Origin: Acutalibacteraceae bacterium
GTDB taxonomy: Bacteria > Bacillota > Clostridia > Oscillospirales > Acutalibacteraceae
NCBI GenBank assembly: GCA_045604545.1
Contig: JAZUOG010000083.1
Location: forward strand, 1-28,488
Length of the DNA: 28,488 bases
Direction of reading: 5' to 3'
In this document: in pieces, positions 7,229-17,006 of the stretch
Numbering within the stretch: position 1 is the first letter of the stretch
Layout of the letters: every line of letters begins with the position of its first letter
The notes under the pieces: generated by a model
Databases searched by the model: none
Told to the model about the DNA's origin: nothing
What the model saw: only the letters and a program-made list of their open reading frames with translations
Position numbers and translations under genes: made by a program

Positions 7229-8179
7229 TTATTGCATGGGGTTGTCGAAGGCGGGAGCGGGCTCGCTCCGGGTGGCCTCGACGGCGGCAACGGCACTCAT
7301 TTCCTGCAGACGGCGCACACGCTCGCCGTTGTCGGGGTGGCTGGATTCCAGCGCGGCGAACAGGCCGTCCTTGCCGTGACCGGTGCCGAAGCTGGCGAGC
7401 ACCTCGCTCAGCGAGGGACCGTAGCCGCATTGATGCGCATAGGCGTCCGCTTCGTATTCGTTCCGGCGGCTGGTGGCCATGACGAGCCACACGCCGAGCT
7501 GTGTCCATGCACGCATCATCAGCACCAGCAGGAAGTCAGCGACCACGCGGGAGATGCTGATGAAAATGGACGCAACGACACCGCCCCAGCCTCTGCTGAA
7601 TGCCGCGGTGCAGAACTCGCCGATCCACATCATGACATTCGCGACCACGCGAACAATGACGAAGATGGTTGTCACGATCAGGTTGCCCACCGCAACGACC
7701 AGCACGTTGTCGGTGTCCTTGTGAGCAAGGTGACCGAATTCGTGTGCCATGACGCCTTTGATCTGCTCGTCGGAATAGTTGAGCAGGCCGCGGGTCACGC
7801 AAAGCGTTTTGCGACCGGTTGCGAAGGCGTTGGGCTCTTCATCGTCGGACAGGAACATCTGAATCTTGTCGTTGAGCTCGGGGTTGAGCGTTTTGGCGTT
7901 GGCATACACCTCGTCAAACAGCGGTTGCAAACGGTTGAGCACCTCTTGATCGGTGATCTTTTTGCAGTGGCTCTGCAGACGCAGGATCCATTCGCCGATG
8001 GGCGACAGGGCGATGGCGAAGGACGCCGCATAGATCAGAAAGCCCCAAAGAGCACCCATCCAGTCGGTGTAGAAACCGCTGAACAGCGCGGTGATCAGCA
8101 GGATGTTGAGCACCATCCAGATGATCAGACCGGTGTTGCTCTTCTTGAACAGGTTTTTGAAGAAGTCGACAACGTACAT
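7229..8179 (-). CDS. htpX: Zinc metalloprotease HtpX (peptidase M48)
   Basis: HEFGH zinc motif, NAFATG motif and two N-terminal TM segments. Start at MYVVDFFKN with RBS agaggag (the ORF-track start 8224 lacks an RBS). Confidence 0.85.
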   Translation of the reverse strand: MYVVDFFKNLFKKSNTGLIIWMVLNILLITALFSGFYTDWMGALWGFLIYAASFAIALSPIGEWILRLQSHCKKITDQEVLNRLQPLFDEVYANAKTLNPELNDKIQMFLSDDEEPNAFATGRKTLCVTRGLLNYSDEQIKGVMAHEFGHLAHKDTDNVLVVAVGNLIVTTIFVIVRVVANVMMWIGEFCTAAFSRGWGGVVASIFISISRVVADFLLVLMMRAWTQLGVWLVMATSRRNEYEADAYAHQCGYGPSLSEVLASFGTGHGKDGLFAALESSHPDNGERVRRLQEMSAVAAVEATRSEPAPAFDNPMQ

Positions 8180-8295
8180 GGTTTTTTCTCCTCTTTTCTG
8201 TGGATATCGGTATGCACACAGCATACAAGCATGATGTCACATTATGGCACAATCTGTCGCATAATGCAAGCGAAAAAGGATATTTTCCGAAAAAA

Positions 8296-11200
8296 TCACA
8301 GGCTTGCGATGCCGCAGTCGAAGGCGGCTTCGAGCACCTCGCGCAAGGTGTCGAGTGCGGAGAGTCCTTTGCGGATCTTCACGGTGTAATACGGTTTGGA
8401 GCCTGCACTGATCATCATTCTGCCTTGCAGGGCGGCGGACAGCGCCATCGCTTTGGGCATATCCAGCGCGAGCGGATACAAAAGCACCGCGTCGTTTTGC
8501 TGTTTAACTTCGACGATGCCTGCGGCGACCGCCATGTTTCTGAGCAATGCGACTTCGACGAGTCCCTGCACGGCGGCGGGCGGCTCTCCGAAGCGGTCGA
8601 TCAGCTCGTCGTACACATCGAGGCTGTCTTCCTGTGTGCGGATATCCGCAATACGGCGATAGGCTTCCAGACGCTGGGCGTGGTCGGGAATGTAGCGATC
8701 GGGAATGTGGGCGCTGACCTGCAGGTCGATGAGGCAATCCTGTTCGGAGGCGGCGGGGATCTCGCCCTTTTCCGCTTTGACCGCTTCTGTCAGCAGGCGC
8801 AGATACATATCGTAGCCGACCGCCTCCATGTGACCGTGCTGTTGCGCACCGAGCAGGTTACCCGCGCCGCGGATCTCCATGTCGCGAAGCGCGATTTTGA
8901 AGCCCGCGCCGAATTCGGTGAATTCCCGCATCGCGTCGAGGCGTTTGGAGGCGACCTCGTCAAGCACCTTGCCCGCCTTGAAGGTGAGATAGGCAAATGC
9001 ACGGCGGGAGCTTCGTCCCACGCGTCCGCGCAACTGGTGAAGCTGAGACAGACCGTAGCGATCGGCGTTTTCAATGATCAGGGTGTTGACGTTGGGAATG
9101 TCAACACCCGTTTCGATGATGGTGGTGCACACGAGAATATCCACCTCGCGGTCGAGCACCTGCCGCCAGATATCCGACAGCTGATCCTCGCTCATGCGAC
9201 CGTGGGCAACCGCGATGCGGGCATCGGGCAGACGCATCTGCCAGCCTGCCGCGACACGCTCGATGTCGTCGATGCGGTTATGCAGATAATACACCTGACC
9301 GCCGCGGCGAAGCTCGCGCGAGATCGCGTCTTTGAGCAGGCGGGTGTCATGCTCGAGCACGAAGGTCTGCACGGGGTGGCGATCCTGCGGGGCTTCTTCG
9401 ATGATGGACATATCGCGGATACCGCTCATCGCCATGTTGAGGGTGCGGGGAATGGGGGTGGCGGACAGGGTGAGTACGTCCACCGTCGGGAAGCGTTCCT
9501 TGATCTTTTCCTTTTGGGCGACGCCGAAGCGTTGTTCCTCATCGATGATGAACAGGCCGAGGTCGCGCAGCTGTACGTCCTGCGACAGCAGACGGTGGGT
9601 GCCGATGAGCAGGTCGATCTCGCCGTTTTTGGCGCGGCGAAGAATGTCGGTTTGCTGTTTTGCCGTGCGGAAGCGGGAAATCATTTCCACCGTGACGGGG
9701 AAGCCCGAAAACCGCTCGAGAGCGGACTGATAATGCTGATATGCCAGAATGGTGGTGGGAACGAGCAGTAAGCACTGCTTGCCTTCGGCGACACAACGGA
9801 AGGCGGCGCGGAAAGCGACCTCCGTCTTGCCGAAGCCGACATCGCCGCACAGCAGACGCTCCATCGGGACGGCGCGTTGCATATCGAGGCGGATCTCCTC
9901 CGCACAGCGAAGCTGATCGTCGGTCTCTTCATAGGGAAAATGCCGTTCGAAATCGTACTGCCACTCGCCGTCCTCCGAGAAGGCATAGCCCTTTGTCGCC
10001 ATACGTTTGGAATAGAGGGCGATGAGTTCCTTGGCGATGTCCTTGACAGCGCCGCGCACGCGGGTCTTGGCTTTTTGCCATTCCTGCCCGCCGAGGCGGT
10101 GGAGCTTGACGGTCACCTCGTCCTTGGTGCCGATGTATTTGGACACCAGATCGAGCTGTGTCACGGGGACATACAGCATATCGCCTTTGGCAAATTCCAG
10201 CTTGATGTAATCCTTGATGACGCCTTGCATGGACAGTTGTTGGATACCGAGATAAATACCGATACCGTGAGCGGCGTGGACGACATAGTCGCCTTTTTTG
10301 AGCTCTTCGAGACTGCCGATGGGGGTGCCGCGGTCTTTTTTCGCCATGAGACGGCGTTTTTTGGTGCGGGCGGCACGACCGTGGGTGAGAACGGCGATGT
10401 CGCCTTTGGGGAAATCAAAGCCCGAAGACAGACCGCCCGTCGTCACGATGATGCGGTTTTTGAGAGGCTTGTCGGGGTTCGGCGCATACATCGCAGGGAG
10501 TCCCGCCGCCGCGAGGTCTTCGGCGAGCACCTTCGCTGTTTTTTCCTCGGGACCGGCTAGTACGACCGCCGCCGCCTTGCGCTCCATCAGGTCTTTAAGG
10601 TCTTCCTCCAGCAGTTCGGTCGCGCCCGAAAACGGCGGAAGCTGGCGCGCTTCCACGTGCACCTGTGTGCGAAGCGGCAGGTTTTTGACGGTGCGGGTGA
10701 AGTTTTCGGTGATGATAAGCTGACGGGAGGCAAGAAGCGACGTCAGCTCGTCTTCCTCGAGCATAAAACGGTCGAGCGTTTTGCACAGCTTCGCTTCCTC
10801 GAGAAGAGCGGTCAGCTCCTCCGACAGTCGCCACGAAGCGGCGTGGAACTGGTCGACAAGACGGCTCCACTCGCACGCGAAAATGACGCTGTTCGGAAGA
10901 TAGTCAAACAGAGTGGAGGGCTTATCAAAAAGAAGCGGGAGATATTTATCGAGCGGGACGTGACCGCCGCCTTTGAGCACGGCGGCGTCGGCCGAAAGCC
11001 ATTCCTTGGCGGGTGCTTGCTTGCCGCGAAGGGTGGCAGAGAGGGCGGTCAGTTTATCGGCGAGGGCGGTTGTGTCCTCGCACAGCAGTTCCACGGCAGG
11101 CGGAATGCTCACCGAGGTGACCGTTTCGGTACGGCGCTGGGTGTCGATGTCGAAACGGGTCAGCGTGTCGACGGTATCGCCCCACAGCTCCAGACGAATG

Positions 11201-11766
11201 GGGGTGTCCTCCGAGGCGGGGAAGATGTCGGTGATACCGCCGCGCACGGCGAATTGTCCCGCGCTTTCCACCTTGTCACAACGTTCATAGCCTGCCGCTG
11301 TGAGGGCGGCGGGCAGGTCGGTGACGGGAAGGGGGCGGTCGGCGATGATGTCGATGGTGTTCATCAACAGGGTGTCGGGCGGCAACGTCAGCTGAGCGGC
11401 GGCTTCCGCCGATGCAACGACACAGTCCGCCGCGCCGTTCACCAGCCGACCGAGAACGGATAGGCGCTGTTGCTCGTATTCACGCGAGGAGGAACGCATC
11501 GCGCCGAGTGTGATCTCGCGAGCAGGAAACAGCACCGCGTCGAGCTCCATCGCCTTGAGGTCGTCTGTCAGCTTGGCGGCATCCGCTTCATCACCCGTCA
11601 GAATGATGGGTATGACGGTGGTGCGGCTGAGCACACCCGCTGTGACGGCGCGGTGAATGTGACCGAGTCCCGTCATAAAGACAGGAGTCTCTTTTTTGGC
11701 GAGTGCGTCGAGCACCGTGCTGACGGCAGGGTCGGCACACACGGCTTTGAACAGAACGGTTTTCAT
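8296..11766 (-). CDS. mfd: Transcription-repair coupling factor Mfd
   Basis: 1156 aa. Contains a UvrB-homology N-terminal region, an RNAP-interaction domain and an SF2 helicase core (GDVGFGKTEVA, DEEQRFGV, TATPIPRT motifs). Adjacent to pth as in Firmicutes. Confidence 0.95.
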   Translation of the reverse strand: MKTVLFKAVCADPAVSTVLDALAKKETPVFMTGLGHIHRAVTAGVLSRTTVIPIILTGDEADAAKLTDDLKAMELDAVLFPAREITLGAMRSSSREYEQQRLSVLGRLVNGAADCVVASAEAAAQLTLPPDTLLMNTIDIIADRPLPVTDLPAALTAAGYERCDKVESAGQFAVRGGITDIFPASEDTPIRLELWGDTVDTLTRFDIDTQRRTETVTSVSIPPAVELLCEDTTALADKLTALSATLRGKQAPAKEWLSADAAVLKGGGHVPLDKYLPLLFDKPSTLFDYLPNSVIFACEWSRLVDQFHAASWRLSEELTALLEEAKLCKTLDRFMLEEDELTSLLASRQLIITENFTRTVKNLPLRTQVHVEARQLPPFSGATELLEEDLKDLMERKAAAVVLAGPEEKTAKVLAEDLAAAGLPAMYAPNPDKPLKNRIIVTTGGLSSGFDFPKGDIAVLTHGRAARTKKRRLMAKKDRGTPIGSLEELKKGDYVVHAAHGIGIYLGIQQLSMQGVIKDYIKLEFAKGDMLYVPVTQLDLVSKYIGTKDEVTVKLHRLGGQEWQKAKTRVRGAVKDIAKELIALYSKRMATKGYAFSEDGEWQYDFERHFPYEETDDQLRCAEEIRLDMQRAVPMERLLCGDVGFGKTEVAFRAAFRCVAEGKQCLLLVPTTILAYQHYQSALERFSGFPVTVEMISRFRTAKQQTDILRRAKNGEIDLLIGTHRLLSQDVQLRDLGLFIIDEEQRFGVAQKEKIKERFPTVDVLTLSATPIPRTLNMAMSGIRDMSIIEEAPQDRHPVQTFVLEHDTRLLKDAISRELRRGGQVYYLHNRIDDIERVAAGWQMRLPDARIAVAHGRMSEDQLSDIWRQVLDREVDILVCTTIIETGVDIPNVNTLIIENADRYGLSQLHQLRGRVGRSSRRAFAYLTFKAGKVLDEVASKRLDAMREFTEFGAGFKIALRDMEIRGAGNLLGAQQHGHMEAVGYDMYLRLLTEAVKAEKGEIPAASEQDCLIDLQVSAHIPDRYIPDHAQRLEAYRRIADIRTQEDSLDVYDELIDRFGEPPAAVQGLVEVALLRNMAVAAGIVEVKQQNDAVLLYPLALDMPKAMALSAALQGRMMISAGSKPYYTVKIRKGLSALDTLREVLEAAFDCGIASL

Positions 11767-11859
11767 CGGTTACCTCTCTTTCGGTGAAACGGGAAGCGGG
11801 GCGGGTGCATCACGCACCCACCCTGTGTGGTTATAAACAGATTCACATACGGTATACGC

Positions 11860-12459
11860 TTATTTCTTGGAATACAGGTTCATGGCGCGGGTGATGTCGC
11901 CCTGCGCGATGAGCGCGGCGGCTTTGCCGGCACTTTCAAACGCGTCGTCCATGGTTTTTTTGTCTTCTGCAGGGAAGCAGGACAACACCCACTTCGCCAG
12001 ATCGTAGTCGGGGTGCGGTTTCATGCCGACACCCACGCGCACGCGTGCGAAGGCGTCCGAGCCGAGACAGGCGATGATATCCTTGAGACCGTTTTGTCCG
12101 CCCGCAGAGCCGTTCGGACGAATGCGGATCTTGCCCATGTCGAGGTTGATGTCGTCGGAGATGACGACGATCTGTGACGGATCGAGCTTGTAAAACATGG
12201 CCGCTTCCTGTACGGCAAGCCCGCTCGCATTCATCATGGTCTGCGGCTTCATCAGCAATACGGTCGTGTCGCCGATGTCGGCGCGGGCGGTGAGAGCGTG
12301 GAACTTGTCGCGGTCGATGGTCACGCCCAGCGATTTCGCCAGACTGTCGATGCTTAAGAAGCCTGCGTTGTGACGGGTATTTTCATATTTTCTGCCGGGA
12401 TTGCCCAGTCCGACGATGAGAAAATCGATGGGTCCCGAGGCTTTTTTCTTAAAAAACAT
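11860..12459 (-). CDS. pth: Peptidyl-tRNA hydrolase
   Basis: Start at MFFKKKASGPIDFLIVGLGNPG. Motifs HNAGF and VGVG are present. The ORF-track N-terminal extension lacks an RBS and runs into the AT-rich promoter. Confidence 0.9.
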   Translation of the reverse strand: MFFKKKASGPIDFLIVGLGNPGRKYENTRHNAGFLSIDSLAKSLGVTIDRDKFHALTARADIGDTTVLLMKPQTMMNASGLAVQEAAMFYKLDPSQIVVISDDINLDMGKIRIRPNGSAGGQNGLKDIIACLGSDAFARVRVGVGMKPHPDYDLAKWVLSCFPAEDKKTMDDAFESAGKAAALIAQGDITRAMNLYSKK

Positions 12460-12594
12460 GGCAATATTTCCTTTAATAATAGAATGAACGCCTCTATTAT
12501 GGTACAAAATGAAAGGAAAGGCAAGCAAAATTTGAAGAAAAACAGACAAAATGTGAAAAAATCCCGACTTTTTTCCAAAAGTTTCAAAAATGTC

Positions 12595-12623
12595 TTGGAA
12601 AATGAAAAAACGTATGCTATAAT
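12595..12623 (+). promoter_or_regulatory. Promoter for ppdK (TTGGAA-17-TATAAT with extended TGc)
   Basis: ttggaa at 12595-12600 and tataat at 12618-12623, preceded by tgc. A ~75-nt structured leader follows before the RBS agaggagg. Confidence 0.6.
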
Positions 12624-12700
12624 AGCGGGTGACGGATAAAAAGGCGAATTGCGCCTGCCCGTCATTCAACTGTGTTAATTTTTTTAGAGGAGGCTATTCA

Positions 12701-15331
12701 ATGTCTACTAAGTATGTTTACCTGTTCTCCGAAGGCAACGCGACCATGCGTGAGCTGCTCGGCGGTAAAGGCGCGAACCTCGCCGAGATGACCGCAATCG
12801 GTCTTCCCGTGCCGCAGGGCTTCACCGTCACCACCGAAGCCTGCACCCGTTACTATGACGACGGCCGCAAGATCGACGATGCGATCAAGGCGGAGATCCT
12901 CGAGAACATCAAAAAGATGGAAGAGATCACCGGCAAAAAGTTCGGCGACAAAGAAAACCCGTTGCTCGTTTCCGTCCGTTCGGGCGCTCGTGCTTCGATG
13001 CCCGGCATGATGGACACCATTCTGAACCTCGGTCTGAACGAGGAAGTTGTTGAGACGATGGCTGCTCAGTCCGGCAATGCTCGTTGGGCGTATGACTGCT
13101 ATCGCCGTTTCATTCAGATGTACTCCGACGTCGTTATGGAAGTCGGCAAGAAGTACTTCGAAGAGCTCATCGACGAGATGAAGGAAAAGAAAGGCGTCAC
13201 GCAGGACGTCGAGCTGACTGCTGAGGACCTCAAGGAACTCGCCGGCCAGTTCAAGGCGGAATACAAGAACAAGATCGGCAAGGACTTCCCCACCGATCCC
13301 ATCGAGCAGCTCATGGGCGCTGTCGAAGCGGTCTTCCGTTCCTGGGACAACCCCCGTGCTAACGTCTATCGCCGCGACAACGACATTCCCTACTCCTGGG
13401 GTACCGCTGTCAACGTGCAGATGATGGCGTTCGGTAACATGGGCGACGACTGCGGCACCGGCGTTGCGTTCACCCGCGACCCCGCTACCGGCGATAAGGG
13501 CCTCATGGGCGAGTTCCTCACCAACGCACAGGGCGAAGACGTCGTTGCCGGCGTTCGTACTCCGATGCCCATCGCTGAGATGGCTGACAAGTTCCCCGAA
13601 GCGTTCGCGGAATTCAACAAGGTTTGCGCGATCCTCGAGGATCACTATCGTGATATGCAGGACATGGAGTTCACCGTTGAGCACGGCAAACTCTTCATGC
13701 TCCAGACCCGTAACGGCAAGCGTACCGCTAAGGCGGCTCTGAAGATCGCTTGCGACCTCGTTGAGGAAGGCATGATCGATAAGAAGCAGGCTGTTGCGAT
13801 GATCGATCCCCGTAACCTCGACACCCTGCTCCACCCGCAGTTTGACGCGAAGGCTCTGAAAGCGGCTACCCCCGCCGGCAAGGGTCTGGGTGCTTCCCCC
13901 GGTGCTGCTTGCGGTAAAGTCGTGTTCACCGCTGAGGACGCCGAGGCTTGGAACAACCGCGGCGAGAAAGTCATTCTTGTCCGTCTTGAGACCTCTCCCG
14001 AGGACATCACCGGCATGAAGGCTTCCCAGGGTATCCTCACCGTCCGTGGCGGCATGACCTCTCACGCGGCTGTTGTTGCCCGTGGTATGGGTACCTGCTG
14101 TGTCTCCGGCTGCGGCGACATCATCATGGACGAAGACAACAAGAAGTTCACCCTCGCGGGCAAGACCTACAATGAGGGCGACTATATCTCCATCGACGGC
14201 TCCACCGGCGCCATCTATGACGGCATTATCCCGACCGTTGTCGCACAGGTCGTCGGCGAGTTCGAGACCATCATGAACTGGGCTGACGAGTTCCGTACGC
14301 TGAAGGTCCGCACCAATGCCGACACCCCCGCCGACGCGAAGAAGGCTGTTGAGCTGGGCGCGGAAGGCATCGGCCTGTGCCGTACCGAGCACATGTTCTT
14401 CGAGGCTGATCGTATCGCCGCGTTCCGCGAGATGATCTGCTCCGACACCGTCGAAGAGCGCGAAGCCGCTCTGGCGAAGATCCTGCCCTATCAGCAGGGC
14501 GACTTTGAGGCGCTGTACACCGCCCTCGAAGGCAACCCCGTTACCATTCGTTTCCTCGATCCGCCTCTCCACGAGTTTGTTCCCACCGAGGATGCCGACA
14601 TCGCGGCTCTCGCGGCGGCTCAGGGCAAGACCGTCGAGGACATCAAGAACATCATCACCTCTCTGCATGAGTTCAACCCGATGATGGGTCACCGTGGCTG
14701 CCGTCTGGCTGTCACCTATCCCGAAATCGCCAAGATGCAGACCGCGGCGGTTATCCGTGCGGCCATCAACGTCAAGAAGGCTCATCCCGAATGGAACATC
14801 GTTCCCGAGATCATGATCCCGCTGACCGGCGAAGTGAAGGAAATGAAGTACGTCAAAGACATTGTTGTGGCTACCGCTGATGCGGAGATCGCTGCTGCGG
14901 GCGCTGACCTCAAGTACGAAGTCGGTACCATGATGGAAATCCCGCGTGCGTGCCTCACCGCCGACGAGATTGCCAAGGAAGCGGAGTTCTTCTGCTTCGG
15001 CACCAACGACCTGACTCAGATGACCTTCGGCTTCTCCCGTGATGACGCCGGCAAGTTCCTCAACGCTTACTACGACACCAAGATCTACGAGAACGATCCG
15101 TTCGCGAAGCTGGATCAGAACGGCGTCGGCAAGCTGATGGAAATGGCCGTCACCCTCGGCAAGAAGGTTCGTCCCGAGATGCACTGCGGCATCTGCGGCG
15201 AGCACGGCGGCGACCCTGTCTCCGTTGAGTTCTGCCACAAGATCGGCCTTGACTATGTGTCCTGCTCGCCCTTCCGCGTGCCGGTCGCTCGTCTCGCCGC
15301 CGCTCAGGCAGCAATCAAAGAAAGCAAGTAA
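12701..15331 (+). CDS. ppdK: Pyruvate, phosphate dikinase
   Basis: 876 aa from MSTKYVYLF. PEP-utilising-enzyme phosphohistidine motif GGMTSHAAVVARGMG, an ATP-grasp N-terminal domain and a TIM-barrel C-terminal domain. Confidence 0.95.
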   Translation: MSTKYVYLFSEGNATMRELLGGKGANLAEMTAIGLPVPQGFTVTTEACTRYYDDGRKIDDAIKAEILENIKKMEEITGKKFGDKENPLLVSVRSGARASMPGMMDTILNLGLNEEVVETMAAQSGNARWAYDCYRRFIQMYSDVVMEVGKKYFEELIDEMKEKKGVTQDVELTAEDLKELAGQFKAEYKNKIGKDFPTDPIEQLMGAVEAVFRSWDNPRANVYRRDNDIPYSWGTAVNVQMMAFGNMGDDCGTGVAFTRDPATGDKGLMGEFLTNAQGEDVVAGVRTPMPIAEMADKFPEAFAEFNKVCAILEDHYRDMQDMEFTVEHGKLFMLQTRNGKRTAKAALKIACDLVEEGMIDKKQAVAMIDPRNLDTLLHPQFDAKALKAATPAGKGLGASPGAACGKVVFTAEDAEAWNNRGEKVILVRLETSPEDITGMKASQGILTVRGGMTSHAAVVARGMGTCCVSGCGDIIMDEDNKKFTLAGKTYNEGDYISIDGSTGAIYDGIIPTVVAQVVGEFETIMNWADEFRTLKVRTNADTPADAKKAVELGAEGIGLCRTEHMFFEADRIAAFREMICSDTVEEREAALAKILPYQQGDFEALYTALEGNPVTIRFLDPPLHEFVPTEDADIAALAAAQGKTVEDIKNIITSLHEFNPMMGHRGCRLAVTYPEIAKMQTAAVIRAAINVKKAHPEWNIVPEIMIPLTGEVKEMKYVKDIVVATADAEIAAAGADLKYEVGTMMEIPRACLTADEIAKEAEFFCFGTNDLTQMTFGFSRDDAGKFLNAYYDTKIYENDPFAKLDQNGVGKLMEMAVTLGKKVRPEMHCGICGEHGGDPVSVEFCHKIGLDYVSCSPFRVPVARLAAAQAAIKESK

Positions 15332-15353
15332 TTGCTGATTTTATAAAGTAAAA

Positions 15354-15388
15354 CTATCTCCCCGTCGGTCTCGGCGGGGAGATTTTTA
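15354..15388 (+). terminator. Intrinsic terminator of ppdK
   Basis: 12-bp stem tctccccgtcgg/tcggcggggaga, then ttttt. Confidence 0.85.
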
Positions 15389-15396
15389 TGTATCTA

Positions 15397-15425
15397 TTGC
15401 AAATGTTTCTTGGTATGACTATAAT
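15397..15425 (+). promoter_or_regulatory. Consensus promoter TTGCAA-17-TATAAT for the AT-rich cassette gene
   Basis: Hexamers at 15397-15402 and 15420-15425. RBS agaggtggg precedes the ATG at 15444. Confidence 0.65.
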
Positions 15426-15443
15426 AAAATAAGAGGTGGGAAA

Positions 15444-15755
15444 ATGTATACATATAAGATTACTGGTGTTTCAGAAACTGATAAATGGATATATATTAAA
15501 TGCAACGAAGAAGATAGTGTTAATGAAAGTGAGCCGTTCGTTGAAGTGGTAAAACGTATTGCAAAAATGCGGAACGATAACAAATGGCAAGGCAACATAT
15601 CTTCTGTTGGAAATATGCGCTATAAGGTCAAGAGCGACCCTTTTGATTTAATCTATCAGTGGGACGATTTATTTGGAATTGTTTTTGAGTACAAAAACAG
15701 CACAAACCTTGATGATTTAAAATCTTTTCTTGCAGATAACTATAATATATCTTAA
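15444..15755 (+). CDS. Small hypothetical protein on an AT-rich (~30% GC) islet; possible orphan immunity-type protein
   Basis: 103 aa with good RBS, own promoter and own terminator. Composition is sharply different from the flanking ~58% GC DNA. Confidence 0.6.
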   Translation: MYTYKITGVSETDKWIYIKCNEEDSVNESEPFVEVVKRIAKMRNDNKWQGNISSVGNMRYKVKSDPFDLIYQWDDLFGIVFEYKNSTNLDDLKSFLADNYNIS

Positions 15756-15833
15756 TTTCCCCCTTTTGTGCATAGCAGGACAGGCTACCATTAAGGATAT
15801 GAAATAATTCATAACCGTATAAACAACAAGATG

Positions 15834-15861
15834 CGCCCGAGGAAACTCGGGCGGATTTTTG
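15834..15861 (+). terminator. Intrinsic terminator of the AT-rich cassette
   Basis: Stem cgcccgag/ctcgggcg with loop gaaa, then gattttt. Confidence 0.75.
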
Positions 15862-16051
15862 TCGTGTCTTTAGGTCAAATCCCCCGGTTATGCTGCGGGA
15901 GGAAGAAAGCCCCGGCGAGAAAAGCCTTCCCCTCAAGGGGATGCCCTGTTGCCTGTTTACAGGTTGCAGTGCACCACATGCGGTTGGCAAACCGTTCGGC
16001 GCGCATCTGCCGCAACAAAGCGGAACGGCAGGTGATTTTTGTCAAACCGTC

Positions 16052-16080
16052 TTGAAAGATGGGGGATGGTGTGATAAAAT
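16052..16080 (+). promoter_or_regulatory. Promoter TTGAAA-17-TAAAAT (TGn extended) for the two-gene unit 16136-17006
   Basis: Hexamers at 16052-16057 and 16075-16080. Confidence 0.5.
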
Positions 16081-16135
16081 AACCATATATGGAAATGACG
16101 CATTACCGCAATGTGAGAAAACAGGGGGTAAGAGC

Positions 16136-16570
16136 ATGAAAACAACCCATATCGAGGCGAACTATGGCGCGTATCCGATCACAACGGCGGCGTTTGACGG
16201 CGAAAATGAGCTGTGTGTGGTGATTGAGCCGCATGAATATGAGATGCGTTTTAACAAAGAGTATGTGTCCCGTTTTTCATTCCCGGGGTGTACGGTGAAG
16301 GCGACACCGTCGGGTGCTGTGTATTTCTTTGACAGCAACGGCGAACTGTCGGCGGCGTGTGACGGTACGGCGGCAATGACATGTCCCATGGTGCAGGTAA
16401 AGGTGACGGCGAAGGACGTGACGGTGACGTTCGGGCAGGAGTGCGAGGTCGACACCTATCCTCACTGTGACGGCGAGCATGATCGCTATGTGATACGCTT
16501 TTGCGCCGACCGCGGTGTGGTGTGGCATCTTGAAGATAATGCCGTCGAGATTGAAGAAGAGTTTGAATAA
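16136..16570 (+). CDS. Hypothetical protein (144 aa, Cys-rich, no recognisable family)
   Basis: RBS agggggtaag with ATG at 16136. The ORF-track N-terminal extension has no RBS. Confidence 0.6.
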   Translation: MKTTHIEANYGAYPITTAAFDGENELCVVIEPHEYEMRFNKEYVSRFSFPGCTVKATPSGAVYFFDSNGELSAACDGTAAMTCPMVQVKVTAKDVTVTFGQECEVDTYPHCDGEHDRYVIRFCADRGVVWHLEDNAVEIEEEFE

Positions 16571-16592
16571 ACGATAATAAAGGAGAATGAAC

Positions 16593-17006
16593 ATGGAACT
16601 GTCAAATGAAAAGGCACTTGCCGTGGAATGGCGTAAACTGAGAACCCTGCTCACCACCAACAACAAGCTGGAATACGAGTTGTTTAAAAAGGTGTTCGAG
16701 GAGACCAGAGACCTGTTGTCGTCCTGCGCGACGGCAACCGCCATCGACAAAAGCTACATGAACGTGATCGTGGAAGCCTACAAGTTCAGCGGCACTGACG
16801 GTGCTTACAAGGACGCAAAGCCGCAGGCGGCGCTCATCATGACCGAGCGTATGCTGCAGCATTATGTCCTTGACAGCCATGTCGGCGACGTGCGCAGCGG
16901 TGTGTATGTGTATGTGCTGGAAGCGAAGGAAGAGATCTACATTGACTTTGAAAATGTGGACACTTCCATCGCCGTTCTCGGCCGCGCTCTGGAGAGACGG
17001 TATTAA
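16593..17006 (+). CDS. Hypothetical protein (137 aa)
   Basis: RBS aggag 16581-16585, with the ATG at 16593 preferred by spacing. 22 nt after the upstream gene, so likely co-transcribed. Confidence 0.6.
   Translation: MELSNEKALAVEWRKLRTLLTTNNKLEYELFKKVFEETRDLLSSCATATAIDKSYMNVIVEAYKFSGTDGAYKDAKPQAALIMTERMLQHYVLDSHVGDVRSGVYVYVLEAKEEIYIDFENVDTSIAVLGRALERRY

Noticed and set aside
7094-8389. 431-aa plus-strand ORF
   Set aside because: Antisense to htpX and begins inside the tRNA-associated repeat unit. The HEFGH motif is in the minus frame.
8200-11463. Plus-strand ORFs 8200-9771 (523 aa), 9877-10560 and 10657-11463
   Set aside because: All are antisense to mfd, whose 1156-aa frame is uninterrupted and carries the helicase motifs.
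12461-12600. AT-rich 140-bp stretch between pth and ppdK as a possible foreign insert
   Set aside because: It is most simply a pair of divergent promoters (TTGCCT-17-CATAAT for pth on the minus strand, TTGGAA-17-TATAAT for ppdK on the plus strand).
12698-15238. 846-aa minus-strand ORF
   Set aside because: Antisense to ppdK.
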